The notes under the pieces were generated by a model, which did not search any database, was not told the DNA's origin, and saw only the letters and a list, made by a program, of their open reading frames with translations. A stretch of 64,000 bases of DNA from Octopus vulgaris. Lineage: Eukaryota. Position 1 is the first letter of the stretch, and every line of letters begins with the position of its first letter. Where the stretch lies: contig OX597817.1 of assembly GCA_951406725.2 (NCBI GenBank), forward strand, positions 88,474,001-88,538,000, read 5' to 3'. The position numbers and the translations under genes were made by a program. Positions 12,465 through 24,368 of the stretch are shown here, in pieces.

Positions 12465-14309
12465 ATAGTGAAGAATTCTGGGTAGGGGTCCACCAAGGAT
12501 CAGTCCTCAGCCCCCTCTTATTCATCATAGTCCTCCAGGCATTAACAGAGGAATTCAAGACAAGATGCCTCTGGGAGCTTCTCTATGTTGATGACCTTAC
12601 TCTAATAGATGAGTCACTATCAGAACTAGAGGAGAAGTTTCAGGTGTGGAAGCAAGGTCTAGAATTGAAGGGCCTTAGAGTCAACCTAGCAAAAACCTAT
12701 TTTTTTACTACCCACAAGGGGCTAAACACAGAGGGGACAAGAATAGACAAACGGATTAAGTCGATTATATCGACCCCAGTACATAACTGGTACCTAATTT
12801 ATTGACCCCCGAAAGGATGAAAGGCAAAGTCGACCTCGATGGAATTTGAACTCAGAACGTAACGGCAACCTAGCAAAAACCAAAGTCTTACTAAGTAGGA
12901 AGGTAAACAAATCACAAATCCCTTCAGGTAGATGGCCCTGCTCAATCTGTAAAAAAGGCATAGGTAAAAACTCCATAAGATATACCCAGTGTAAGCTATG
13001 GACACATAAGAGGTGCAGCAATATCAAAGGAAGGCTAACTGAGAAGATAGTTTTTGTGTGTGGCAGAAAACAGCTTCTGTCACATGCCAGGGGATAAAAA
13101 CTAGAAGTAGTTGATAGCTTCTGTTACCTAGGTAACCAAGTCAGTAGTTGGGGTTGATGCTCTGAGAGTATAGCTGCTAGAATAACAATAGCCTGGGCAA
13201 ATTTCAGAGTGCTCTTACCTCTGCTAGTGACAAAGGGCCTCTTGCTCAGATTAAAAGGTAGACTGTATGATGCATGTGTGTGAACAGCCATGCTACATGG
13301 CAGTGAAACATGGGCATGGGATGTGACTGCTGAGGACATGCGTAAGCTTGCAAGGAGTGAAGCTAGTATGCTCCACTGGATGTGTAATGTCAGTGTGCAT
13401 ACATGACAATGCGTAAGCACCCTGAGAGAAAAGTTGGACCTAAGAAGCATCAGATGTGGTGTGCAAGAGAGATGACTGTGATGGTCTGGTCATGTGCTGC
13501 ATATGGATAAGGACAGCTGTGTAAAAAAAAATGTCACACCCTAACTGGTGGGAACCTGTAGAAGAGGTAGAGCCAAGAAGACATTGGATGAAGTGGTGAA
13601 ACATGACCTTCGAACGTTGGGCTTTGCGGAGATGATGACGAGTGACCAAGACCTTTGGAAATGTACTGTGCTTGAGAGGGCCTGGCAGGCCAAGTGAGAC
13701 CATAACTGTGGCCTGTGCCAATGCAGCATAACCAGCCCATCTAGGAGTAGCCTTCAGTCATTGGTCAATGAGCTGCACTTGCATGGACCTGTTGAGTCAA
13801 GTGGAGTCATTGTCGTGGCCGATGACAGTATCTCCTGTTTGGCACATGTGCTAGTGACACATAAAAAGTACCATTTGAGTGTGGTCAATGTCAGTGTTGC
13901 CTGACTGGTCCTGTGCTGGTGGCACGTAAAAAGTACCATTTGAGCGAGATCATTGCCAGTGTCACCTGACTGGCTCCTGTGCTGCCTGACTGGCTCCTGT
14001 CATAAAAAGCACCATTTCAGTGTGGTCGTTGCCAGTGGTGCCTGCCTGGCTCCCATGCCAGTGGCATGTAGAAAGCACCATTCAAGCGTGGTCGATGCCA
14101 GTACCACCTGATTGGCCCTCATGCCAGTGGCACATAAAAAGCACCCACTACACTCTTGGAGTAGTTGGTTTTAGGAAGGGCATCCAGCTGTAGAAAGTTT
14201 GCCAGATCAGATTAGAGCCTGGTGCAGCCTTCTGGCTTGCCAGCCCTCAATCAAATTGTCCAACCCATGCCAGCATGGAAAGCGGACGTTAAACGACGAC
14301 AACGATGAT
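12465..14309 (+). mobile_element. 5'-truncated RTE-type LINE (family R1) with a PHD finger in the RT and a tandem-repeat 3'UTR
   Basis: GVHQGSVLSPLLF, LLYVDDL, WPCSICKK..CTQC..H..C, LHGSETW, GRAKKTLDEVVKHDL; ~60-bp tandem units 13840-14145; ends ggacgttaaacg + (GAY)n tail. Confidence 0.85.
12698..12865 (-). mobile_element. 5'-truncated SINE family A nested in LINE R1
   Basis: Perfect 16-bp TSD caacctagcaaaaacc at 12682-12697 and 12866-12881. Confidence 0.9.
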
Positions 14310-14324
14310 ATATAAATATATCAT

Positions 14325-14640
14325 CAACATCATCATCATCATCATCGTTTAACATCCCCCTTCCATGGGTGTGAAGGTTTGACAGGAGCTAGCCAGGCAG
14401 AAGAATGCACCAGACTTCTATGACTGTTTTGGCAGAAGTTTTACAGCTGGATGCCCTTCCTAACACCAACCACACAGCAGAGTGCACGAAGTGCTGTTTA
14501 TATGGCACAAGTACAGGTGAGGTCAGTTTTGGCAAGGTTTTTTACAGTTGGATGCTCTTCCAAATGCCAACCACTTTACGGTGTGGACTGGATGCTGTTT
14601 AAGTGGCGCCTGCACTGACAGGGTCACCAAGTAACCTGCA
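14325..14640 (-). mobile_element. R1 3'-end fragment(s) with (CAT)n tail
   Basis: Reverse complement of the R1 3'UTR (cagctggatgcccttcctaac). Confidence 0.7.
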
Positions 14641-14836
14641 AGACAAAAATCTTTTGAGAGGGGAGAGAGTATGGGAGGAGGTGATCTTGTGTGTGTCAGA
14701 TGATGAAAGGTTATAGTGAGACAGAGAGACAGAAATAGGTGTCTTGCTGTAGAGGAAATACAAGGTTACTCGGCTGGATATATATATGCGTGTGTGTGTG
14801 TGTGTGTGTGTGTGTATAAACGTGTGTACATATATA

Positions 14837-14993
14837 GCTGCAGACATGACTGTGTGGTAAGAAGCTTGCTTTCCAACCACATGGTTCCATTTTCTGTCCC
14901 ACTGCATGGCATCTTGGGCAAGTGTCTCCTACTACAGCCTCAGGCTGACCAAAGCCTTGTGAGTGGATTTGATAACCAGAAACTGAAAGAACC

Positions 14994-15055
<62 letters not shown>

Positions 15056-15275
15056 GTATATGTAAGTATATATTAATGTATGTGTGCCTTTGTGTCAGTG
15101 CTTACACCCCTCCCTCCACTTGACAACTGATGTTGGTGTGTTTAAAGCCCTGTAACTTAGTGGTTCAGCAAAAGAGACTGATAGAATAAGTACCTGGCTC
15201 AAAAAAATAAGTCCTGGGGCTGATTTGTTTTCCCCAGCATGGCTGCAGTCAAATGACTGAAACAAGTAAAAGATA
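14837..15275 (+). mobile_element. tRNA-derived SINE family B with an internal (TA)n tract
   Basis: tgtgtggtaagaagcttg...cttgggcaagtgtct...; matches the 26357-26760 (-) copy; (TA)n at ~14995-15043. Confidence 0.8.
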
Positions 15276-15279
15276 AATG

Positions 15280-16143
15280 AAAGGGTATTCAAGAGAAACT
15301 GGAATTTTGCAGTTTTATTCACTTAGCTTTACATGTTTACACTTTTATTGCCTTCAAAGTATTCTTTATTTGAAGCAATGCATCAGTCCAGATGCATTTT
15401 CCACTGTCTGAAGAAGTCCTGGAACTCTTGTGAAGTGATGCCTTTTAACACCTCTGTCATTTTTTCCTTCACCTCTTCCACATCTGCAAATTCCATAGCA
15501 CCAGTGATGACCTTTGAAAAAAGATTCAGATCAACTTCTAACTGTTCTTTCAGTTCATGATATGCATTCAGTTGTGACTGCTTTTGATCTTCTGTGAGCA
15601 AGCGAGGCACAAATTTTGCTACAACTCTTTTCATTTGCAATTCCTCGCTCAGGACACACTAGTTATATCAACAAGTTTGTCAATTGTTCAGCAACGGTCC
15701 TCCAAAATCTGTTCATGAATTTCCATGATGTTTCCATTCATTCAGGAGGTTAACAGTTGCCCTGAATGAAGTTTGTCTTCAAGTGACAAGTGATCATCCC
15801 TAAAGCATGAAAACCATCATAAACTTGTGTTTTGCTCATGGTAGCATCCTTGTAAGCTGTTTGAAGGATGACAACTGTTTTGGCCACTGTTTTCCCTAGC
15901 AGAAAACAGAATTTCATAGAAGCATGCTGTTTCTTCATTTCAGCCACCACAAAAATCATTGAACAAGGGAGAAGCACTGCAAAACAAAGACGCACCACAT
16001 GACAGTATGACCTTACAAGATGCCGCTGGTTGGCAGACTGATGCCCGAGGGTCACATCAAGTGGCTTCTAACAGCTGAAGCCTGAACTACAATGGGTTTG
16101 TTTTACTGAGAATGTTTCCCATTACTTTTGGGTACCTCCTTGT
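15280..16143 (-). mobile_element. Mariner (Tc1/mariner) transposon remnant, internally deleted
   Basis: Transposase fragments QHASMKFCFLLGKT...MSKTQVY and KRVVAKFVPRLLTEDQK...SKVITG; decayed TIRs, TA at the right end. Confidence 0.85.
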
Positions 16144-16269
16144 ATATATTCTAAACCCTCACCACAAGTGAGAAAGAAACGAGTTAATTAAAAAGAAACT
16201 AAACTATTTTATGCTTGTTTTTAAAAAGAAATTTTCAGTAAGCATTTTCTTTTGGCTTCCACATTCCAG

Positions 16270-16401
16270 AAAAAAGAAGACACTTCCATGGTCACTTATG
16301 AGATGTTACTGAATGAATGTGGCTCCCATAATTTGTTGAAAGCCCTCCTGAAAATGCAAGCTGCTGTGGTGTCAAATGAATCAAAAAAAGAAATATTGCA
16401 G
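16270..16401 (+). CDS. CFAP54: CFAP54-like exon 6 (KKEDTSMVTYEMLLNECGSHNLLKALLKMQAA...KKEILQ)
   Basis: ttccag| acceptor, |gtaagc donor, 132 nt, phase 0/0. Confidence 0.8.
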
Positions 16402-17539
16402 GTAAGCTCTGCCTATGTATTTTTGTATGAAGTGAATTGTTGTATATGGTTTTTTGTTAGCTGAGTGTTTTCCCTAAAAGGTGTATAGCATAAAAGTAGC
16501 CAGTTTAACTTACTCAAGTGAGCAACAAAATTAAGTATCCATCCATCTACCCATCATCTCCACTGAATATTCTTGAGAGGGTCATGGGGATATAGTACTG
16601 AGGTATGTCCTCCATAAGGAAAGCAACTATCATTACACTAAATTAAGCATTTGTGGAGGAATGAAGTGAGTGACGAGGATGTAGGACTGGAAGCGAGGGG
16701 AATTGATGTCACATCAAGAAACAGCATATTTAAATGACCACTTTTCTTTGCAATGCATTGAGTTGGATGGAGGTGTTTTGGGGAACGATTTTAGGGGAGT
16801 AGTTCTTTCTGGCCAGAAGCTCAAGTAGAGGGCACATGAGGATACAGTTGTCAAGTTTTTGCTGGTTCCTGTAACCTGACATTTGGATTTACAGTTGCTG
16901 AATGCATTTCAAGATAAGAGCAATGTTTATTTATGCCTTACAGCCACAAGATTGTGGAATAAATGAAAGATTGTTATCAGTTATCCCAATCTTTTGTAAA
17001 ATACTTCTTTTAATAACCCTGGTTTAAGTGAATTTTGTTAGTCATCTCACATCTTGGTCAGTCAAAGGAATCAGTGTTCTGTTTTATTACAAAATTGGTG
17101 AGATATAACTTCTCTCTACTTTAATATTTCAAAATTTTAAGTGGCAGATAAGATGAATGGCTGCTATGATTTGGTGGTTTGCAGCAGTATGATTAGGAAG
17201 TGATTAAATACTTGGTAAAAGAACTGTAATCAAGAGAAGAGAATGAAAAGTCTATTCTTGTCTTATTTTTGTCAATTGGTGGTGATATATTATAAATGCA
17301 CAATCATAATTTGCTGAAAGCTTGGAGAATTACACTACTAAAAGTAATAGCAATGTTTATGATGATGATGGTGTTTGTGCTGGCAATAATGGTGCTGATG
17401 ATAAGGAAGATAATGGCATGGATGTTGACAATGGTGGTAACAGCAGTGATGGTGATAACAAAGGAAAAAAAGAGTAAACATCAGTATATTCTTGAAACAA
17501 TTGCAATAAACAGGTTTTATATAAGAAATCGATATAGAG

Positions 17540-17740
17540 CAGCAAGCTGGCAGAATCATTAGCATGTTGGACAAATGCTTAGTGGCATTTTATGTTCTGA
17601 GTTCAAAATCTGTGGAGGTTGATTTTGCCTTTCATCATTTTGGAGTTGATACAATAAGTACCAGTTGAGTGCTGGTGTTGACGTAATTGACATATCTCTT
17701 CTGAAACTGCTAGCTTTGTGCCAAACTTTGAAATCAATAT
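17540..17740 (+). mobile_element. SINE family A, diverged copy
   Basis: gcaagctggcagaatcattagc...gcctttcatc...aagtaccagttgag. Confidence 0.7.
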
Positions 17741-18077
17741 TAGATAGCAATATAAATACTATCTTATTTTGAAATTGAATTATTCAGGTACATCGTATGG
17801 CACAAATCTGATTTTTGTCAATAGAAGCTTCAATTGTAACAAAAATCATACTTAGCTGTTGCTTTCACCTATTTTAAAGATGATTAGAATAAGAGATTTT
17901 GAACTGAATAATGTTAAAATCTTTCAATATCTGGGATTATTCCTAGATATGTGCATAGTAAAGGACTGGACTTCTGTCAAATCTGGGGTTAGTTGATGTT
18001 AATAAGTTTATACTTTTTCAGTTTATTAACTTCAGAGATAAAACATTTTGGAATATTTGCTTTAAATTTTTGACCAA

Positions 18078-18207
18078 TTTGATCTTCAAATTGTCATCAG
18101 CTGTCTTATTCCTAGATATGTACATAGTTCCAGACTGGACAGAAGTCCAGTCCCTTACTATGCGTATATCTAGGAATAAGAAAGTTGATGATAGTCAAAG
18201 ATCAAAA
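18078..18207. repeat. ~130-nt imperfect palindrome / foldback
   Basis: 18093-18128 is the reverse complement of 18157-18192 with few mismatches; apical gactggac-agaa-gtccagtc; a third arm at 17937-17986. Confidence 0.75.
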
Positions 18208-18586
18208 CCAGTGAAACACATTATTAATATGAATATTAAAAATATGTTTAATTTCTAAAAGCGATGGTTTTAATCTCATAAATCATTATCATAGGTTTTG
18301 ATAACCATTTCTTGTTCCAGTATACTTTTGTTGGTCTCTGCAGGATGAAAGATAAAGTTAATTCCAGCAGGATTTAAACTCAGAATGTAGATGGAGAGAC
18401 AAAATAGTATAAGGCATTCGGGTTTGCAGTTTACTATATTTGACACCTGTTAAAACACTGTCATTTGCTTTTTACTCCATCTTCCAATATAGATACCCCA
18501 TTACTGAGATTTAGTTATATTACTAATGAACTCACAACTTATCTTTTAATAATTAAAACAACCTTTCTTTTCATTATTACTTTCAG

Positions 18587-18781
18587 AAATCTTTGGATTC
18601 TTTAATAAAGTTCCAGAAAGAAGAGTCCAAAATGTATGAAGTTAACAACAGTGTCTGTATGCTTGATAAGGAACCCACTGTACCAGAGAGGAACGTGCCA
18701 TTGCCTCCCATTCTTTTATGGCGGTCACCATCAGCAATGGCATTTAAACCTACCAAATTCAAACCATCTTCTGGTGAGAAG
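18587..18781 (+). CDS. CFAP54: CFAP54-like exon 7 (KSLDSLIKFQKEE...VPLPPILLWRSPSAMAFKPTKFKPSSGEK)
   Basis: tttcag| acceptor, |gtataa donor, phase 0/0; matches the CFAP54 'VPPPPILLSRT..SVTLKP' motif. Confidence 0.92.
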
Positions 18782-18804
18782 GTATAATATCTATCTTTTC
18801 TCTT

Positions 18805-19015
18805 CTATTTTTTTACTTGTTTCAGTCATTAGACTGTGGCCATACTAGGGCACTGCCTTGAAAAAATTTTATTCGAATGAATTGACTTCAGTACTTCATT
18901 GTTTTAAAAGCCTGGTACTTATCCTGTCAGTTTCTTTTGGTGAACCACTAAGTTATGGGGACCTAAACACACCAGCACTGGTTGTCAAGCAGTTGTGGGG
19001 GACAAAGACATGTGC
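18805..19015 (-). mobile_element. SINE family B, 3' part
   Basis: ttttacttgtttcagtcatt...aaacacaccagcactggttgtcaagc, as at 26357-26550. Confidence 0.7.
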
Positions 19016-19273
19016 ATACACGCACGCACCACACACACACGCACGCACCACACACACACACCACACACACACACACACACACATTTTTTTTGGCATTGTG
19101 AGACTAAAAACCTGATGTAGAAGTCAATATACATAGCCTTCAGAATGAAGCATTAGATGAGTGCAGAGCTGTAATAAGAAAATGAGATGACAAAGATAAG
19201 AAGCAGTTACAAAAAAACATCAAAGTTCACTACATAACATTTTTTCTCCTTTGTCATCTCATTTTCTTGTTGC

Positions 19274-21161
19274 CCCGGGAAGTTCCTCTATGCTGATGAC
19301 TTGGCCCTCATAGCAGAATCACTACCAGAACTAGAGAACAAATTTCAGGTGTGGAAGCAAGGTTTAGAATCGAAGGGCCTTAGAGTCAACCTAGCAAAAA
19401 CCAAAGTGTTACTAAGTAGGAAGGTAAACAAATCACAAATCCCTTCAGGTAGATGGCCCTGCTCAATCTGTAGAAAAGGCGTAGGTAGAAACTCCATAAG
19501 ATGTACCCAGTGTAAGCTATGGACACATAAGAGGTGCAGCAATATCAAAGGAAGGTTAACTGGAAAGATAGTTTTTGTGTGTGGCAATTGCTCAGGGGCA
19601 ATAAACACTGAAGATGTGCAGAAAACAGCTTCTGTCACATGCCAGGGGATAAAAACTAGAAGTAGTTGATAGCTTCTGTTACCTAGGTAACCAAGTCAGT
19701 AGTGGGGGTTGATGCTCTGAGGGTGTAGCTGCTAGAATAACAATAGCCTGGGCAAATTTCAGAGTGCTCCTACTTTTGCTGATGACAAAGGGCCTCTTGC
19801 TCAGATTAAAAGGTAGACTGTATGATGCATGTGTGTGAACAGCCATGCTACATGGCAGTGAAACATGGGCATGGGATGTGACTGCTGAGCACATGCGTAA
19901 GATTGCAAGGAGTGAAGCTAGTATGCTCCACTGGATGTGTAATGTCAGTGTGCATACATGACAATGCATAAGCACCCTGAGAGAAAAGTTGGACCTAAGA
20001 AGCATCAGATGTGGTGTGCAAGCATCAGATGTGGTGTGCAAGCGTCAGATGTGGTGTGCAAGCGTCAGATGTGGTGTGCTGGTAGAGTCATGTGTTGTGT
20101 ATGGATGAGGACAGCTACCTAGGTGACCAAGTCTGTAGTGGGGGTGGATGCTCAGAGAGTGTTACCACTAGAATAAAAATATCCTGGGCAAAGTTTAGAA
20201 AGCTTCTACGCCAACTGGTGACAAAGGGCCTCTCACTCAGAGTGAAAGGTAGATTGTACGATGCATGTGTGTGAACTGTCATGCTTCACAGCAGTGAAAC
20301 ATGGGCTGTGACTGCTGAAGACATGTGTAGGCCTAAAAAATATGAAGCTAGCATGATCCGCTGGATGTATAATGTCAGTGTGCACACAAAACAGAGTGTA
20401 AGTGCTCTGAAAGAAATGTTGGACATAAGAAGCATCAGATGTGGCATGCAAGAGAGACATCTGCACTGGTATAGTCATGTACTATGGATGGATGAGAAGA
20501 GTTGTGTGAAGAAGTGCCACTCCCAAACAGTGGAAGGAACTTGTGGTAGAGGGAGACCCAGGAACATATAAGATGAGGTGGTGAAGCATGACCTTTCAAA
20601 TGTTGGGCCTCACAGAGGCAATGACGAAAGACCGAGACCTCTAGAGATATGCTGTGATTGAAAAGACCCAGCAAATAAAGTGAGATCACAGCTGTAGCCT
20701 ACACCAGTGACGCATAACTAGCCCACTCAAAAAAGTATCTTTTGATCATAGGGTGACATGCCGTGCTTGAGATCTATTGAGTCAAGTACATCAACATCAA
20801 AATCAAATCAAACCACAATCAAATAGAAATTGTAGTTTTGGGTGATGCCGGTGGCACATAAAAAGCACCATCCGAATGTGGCCAATGTCAGTGCTGCCTT
20901 GACTGGCTCCTGTGCTGGTGGCACAAAAAAGAAGCACCATCCAAATGTGGTCGATGCCATCCCCTCTGGTCCCTGTGCCGGTGGCATGTAAAAAGCACCC
21001 ACTACACTCTCAGAGTGGTTGGCATTAGGAAGGGCATCCAGCTGTAGAAACATTGCCAGATCAGATTGGAGTCTGCAGCTGTCACCTGGCTTCCCAGACC
21101 CCAGTTGAACCGTCCAACCCATGCCAGCATGGAAAATGGACATTAAATGATGATGATGATG
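19274..21161 (+). mobile_element. RTE-type LINE R1, 5'-truncated, with a duplicated post-RT region
   Basis: LYADDLAL, intact PHD-type C4HC3 (ORF 19301-19669), two successive YLGDQ..LHGSETW blocks, 3'UTR tandem repeats, (GAT)n tail. Confidence 0.85.
20001..20079 (+). repeat. 20-bp tandem repeat x4 (agcRtcagatgtggtgtgca)
   Basis: Directly visible. Confidence 0.95.
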
Positions 21162-21179
21162 TATATATATATATATATA

Positions 21180-21320
21180 TATGATGGGCTTCTTTCACTT
21201 TCTGTCTACCAAATTCACTCACAGGACCTTGATTGGCCTGCAGCTATAGTAGAAGACACATGTTTGAACCCAAAATCATGTAGTAAGGAAGTAAACTTAT
21301 TACCATACAGCTACGCTGGC
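21180..21320 (-). mobile_element. SINE family B, 5' part
   Basis: gggcttctttcacttt ctgtctaccaaattcactcaca...ctatagtagaagacac. Confidence 0.65.
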
Positions 21321-21839
21321 ACCTATCTTTATCTTTTGTAAATATTATTTTGATTTTGCCTGAGGGATCAGCAATGACTTAATGAGTAGAGTCCTGAATA
21401 ACCAGTCATAACCGAGAGATTCAGCATTTCCCATACCGTCACTACTATTGAGTTTTTTTCTGTACTCAAGAAAACTAACAGTAATTAACCAAGTCTGTCT
21501 AGCTATATTTAAGTCCTGCAGCTGATAGTAGACAGTGGAGCCATTGTTAGCTGCTACAGAGCTCAGTTAAATTCTTCTTATGTGGAAAACTATATGAGAT
21601 TGACCAATGTGTTATTCTGATAGATATTTCTCTCGCATCCATTTAATACCATATCAGCCCAGATTAGCACTAACCCTGTGAATAACTCTGTGATTCAAAA
21701 AACTATTAAACTGTTCTTTATAATTTTGATTGATATTGCTACATAAAAATTAAATATATAATAAAAGATTATTTAATATGAATATGAAGGCTGATCTCAA
21801 GATACTGAGCCTTATGAAGGAGATGACTAAGGGTCAAGA

Positions 21840-22055
21840 TATCTTGCGCATTGCTGTACTCAAGAAGGCCTATCTGACACAGCAGAATTGATACCGGTGC
21901 CACATAAAAAGCACTCATGCCAGTGCCATGTTAAAAGCACAGGTGCTGGTACCACATAAAAAGCACCTAGTAAACTCTGTTTGTTGGTTGACACTAGGAA
22001 GAGTATCCAGCAGTAGAAACCGTGACAGGACAGACAATGGAGCCTGGTACATCAC

Positions 22056-22089
<34 letters not shown>

Positions 22090-22116
22090 GTCATCGCCGT
22101 TGTCGTCATCATCATC
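21840..22116 (+). mobile_element. R1 3'-end fragment with (CAT/CGT)n
   Basis: cacataaaaagcac units, ggaagagtatccagc. Confidence 0.6.
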
Positions 22117-22299
22117 TGCAGAATAGATGCCAAAAAATATTATTTGTTGAGTCTTCAAAGGATTTTTAACTAAACATTCAACTTCAGTCAATACATTTGT
22201 CACTTTTTCTTTCAGTTTTGTCCACAGATTTAAATATTAGTTACCATTATCTTTCTATTTTTCAAGAATTAAACATCCTTTTTTTAATCTATATTTCAG

Positions 22300-22392
22300 G
22301 TGTGCTGGTATCGGCTGTTTGCTCAAATTATAACAACCAGCTATAATAAAGTCAGATTAAATGATACTCCAGTACCTGGAACAGGAAACTTA
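22300..22392 (+). CDS. CFAP54: CFAP54-like exon 8 (VCWYRLFAQIITTSYNKVRLNDTPVPGTGNL)
   Basis: atttcag| acceptor, |gtaata donor, phase 0/0; WY...KVRLN..PG.G motif of CFAP54. Confidence 0.92.
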
Positions 22393-23295
22393 GTAATATT
22401 TTTTACTATCTATTTGAAATTTTGATTAAACTTTTGAGTTTATCGTATTTTATTGTTTAATAAACAGAATGAAAACTGTTGAAAAATATCTGATGTGGGA
22501 TACAAATGTAGCATATAGGAAGGATCACATTTCTTGATACATTTAACCTTATATTTTACAGCTGGATTTCCTTCTAGACAGCTTGTATAACAGTGGAGGC
22601 AAGATGTGTTTATTGTATCACCTGCTTAGAGTATTTATTTTGTGTTTGTTGTAACCTTTGTGATGTTGAAAAATAAAGTAGCTGAGAATAAGTACAAAGC
22701 AAGAAGTGTAAAAGTGATTGTGAAAGAAAGTCATGAAAATGAATGGTACAATATAGGATGAGGGTGATGGGAAATAAGAGGTTATTACTGCAGAATGATA
22801 GAAATATACAAAGAAAAGGCTGAGCAACTGACTGAACGTCTAAGGCATGGGATATTATATGTAAGAAACACAACTGTACTAATAACGGAATGTTATCTGG
22901 ATCCTGGGTATAGAAATGGCATGGGGCAGAAGGAACGATATTACAAATGTAACAAGGAAATGTGGAATGGAATAGTTAAAACAGGCATGAAAATATTGGG
23001 TCTTACTTATATCATAAAACAGGAGTGGGATTATTGTAAACCATGCTAACATAGAAGTAGAAATATAAATGAGCTAATGCTCAAACACAATTTGCATTCA
23101 ATAGTCATTTTCTAAATAAAGTTTTGACTATTGATTATGTTTTTAGAACTAATTGAAAACTAATTGTCATGATATATTGGTTTTGGTTTGCAAGATTCTT
23201 CATGTGAACCTATGTGTTGGAACAGATAATAATACAAATGCTTTGGGGATTTTATTAGATTTATTGTTTGAAATAAATTACTCTATTTCATGCAG

Positions 23296-23478
23296 GTACC
23301 TGCAAGCTACAAAGAAATTATAGTGACTGGTATGAAAACTAACCAACAGTATGTTTTTGCATTGGGTGCTTACACTAGTGACGGTAAACTAATTGGAGAT
23401 AATATTGGAGAGAGCACTACACCAATTCTTGTGTCCAGCTCATTATCTATACCTTTAACATACGTATTTCTGTGTCAG
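23296..23478 (+). CDS. CFAP54: CFAP54-like exon 9 (VPASYKEIIVTGMKTNQQYVFALGAYTSDGKLIGDNIGESTTPILV...LCQ)
   Basis: tgcag| acceptor, |gtaaga donor; strong match to CFAP54 'GLETNEKYVFAVAAY...GKLVGGAIGETTKPIL'. Confidence 0.95.
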
Positions 23479-23659
23479 GTAAGAATAAATTTTGCATTAA
23501 CAAATGTTTTGATGTAATATATTATAAATGACATCTTTAATGTTATATCGAAATCCATAAAAGTTCCTATGTACATAAATATACAAAATCAAACATTGAA
23601 GCTGTATAAGCACAAAATGCATTTGAATAATGTGAAATTTACTGGATATAAAATATGAC

Positions 23660-24055
23660 ATTATCATCATCATCATCATTTAACGTCCATTGTCCATGCT
23701 GGCATGGGTTAGATGGTTTGATTGAGGTGGCATGCTGGAAGGCTACACCAGACTCCAGTCTGAAGTGGTATGGTTTTCTGCAGCTGGATGCCATTCCTAA
23801 CACTAACCACTCTGAGAGTGTAATGGATGTTTTTATGTGCCACTTGCATGTCACTGGGGTGTGTTTACATGTTACCAGCACAGGTGCCAACTTGTGTGAC
23901 CGGCTTGATGGGTCTTCTTCTCAAGCACAACATTATACAAAAGGTCTTGGTCATTGCTTCCATGAGGCTCAACACTCGAAAGGAACTGAGCCACTTTGCC
24001 TCCATGAGGCCCAACGCTTGAAAGGAATTCAGCCACCTTACCTTCGTGAGGCCCA
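23660..24055 (-). mobile_element. R1 3'-end fragment
   Basis: (CAT)n then reverse-complement R1 3'UTR; ~39-bp tandem units at 23960-24055. Confidence 0.7.
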
Positions 24056-24368
24056 TCCTGGGCCATTGCAAGCCCTTGCAACCCATGTGGTCACAGGGGG
24101 CATTTGCAGTTGAGGGGCCCTATATTAAGATCAAACTACATAGATGAACCATCTATTTACTTTGGTTAAAATGTTAACTGAAAATTTCAAGCTAGACAAG
24201 GGAAAAAATAAAAGAAACAAAAAAAGTAAATGAAAAAAGTTTGTCAACAAATTCAGAGAGAGAGAGAGAGATTGATAGATGTGTACCAAATACACACATG
24301 TCTCTTAGTCTCTCTGTCTGTCCCTCTTTCTCTCTTCATTTCTCTCTCTCTCTCTCTGTATATATATA

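Noticed and set aside
13840-14145. CRISPR-like array (recurring gtggcacRtaaaaagcaccat with spacers)
   Set aside because: The spacers are similar to each other, and the array is the tandem 3'UTR of LINE R1, seen at many loci in a eukaryotic intron
16231-16269. Alternative upstream acceptor (ttttcag at 16238) for exon 6
   Set aside because: It is followed directly by TAA in phase 0; the 16269 acceptor keeps the frame
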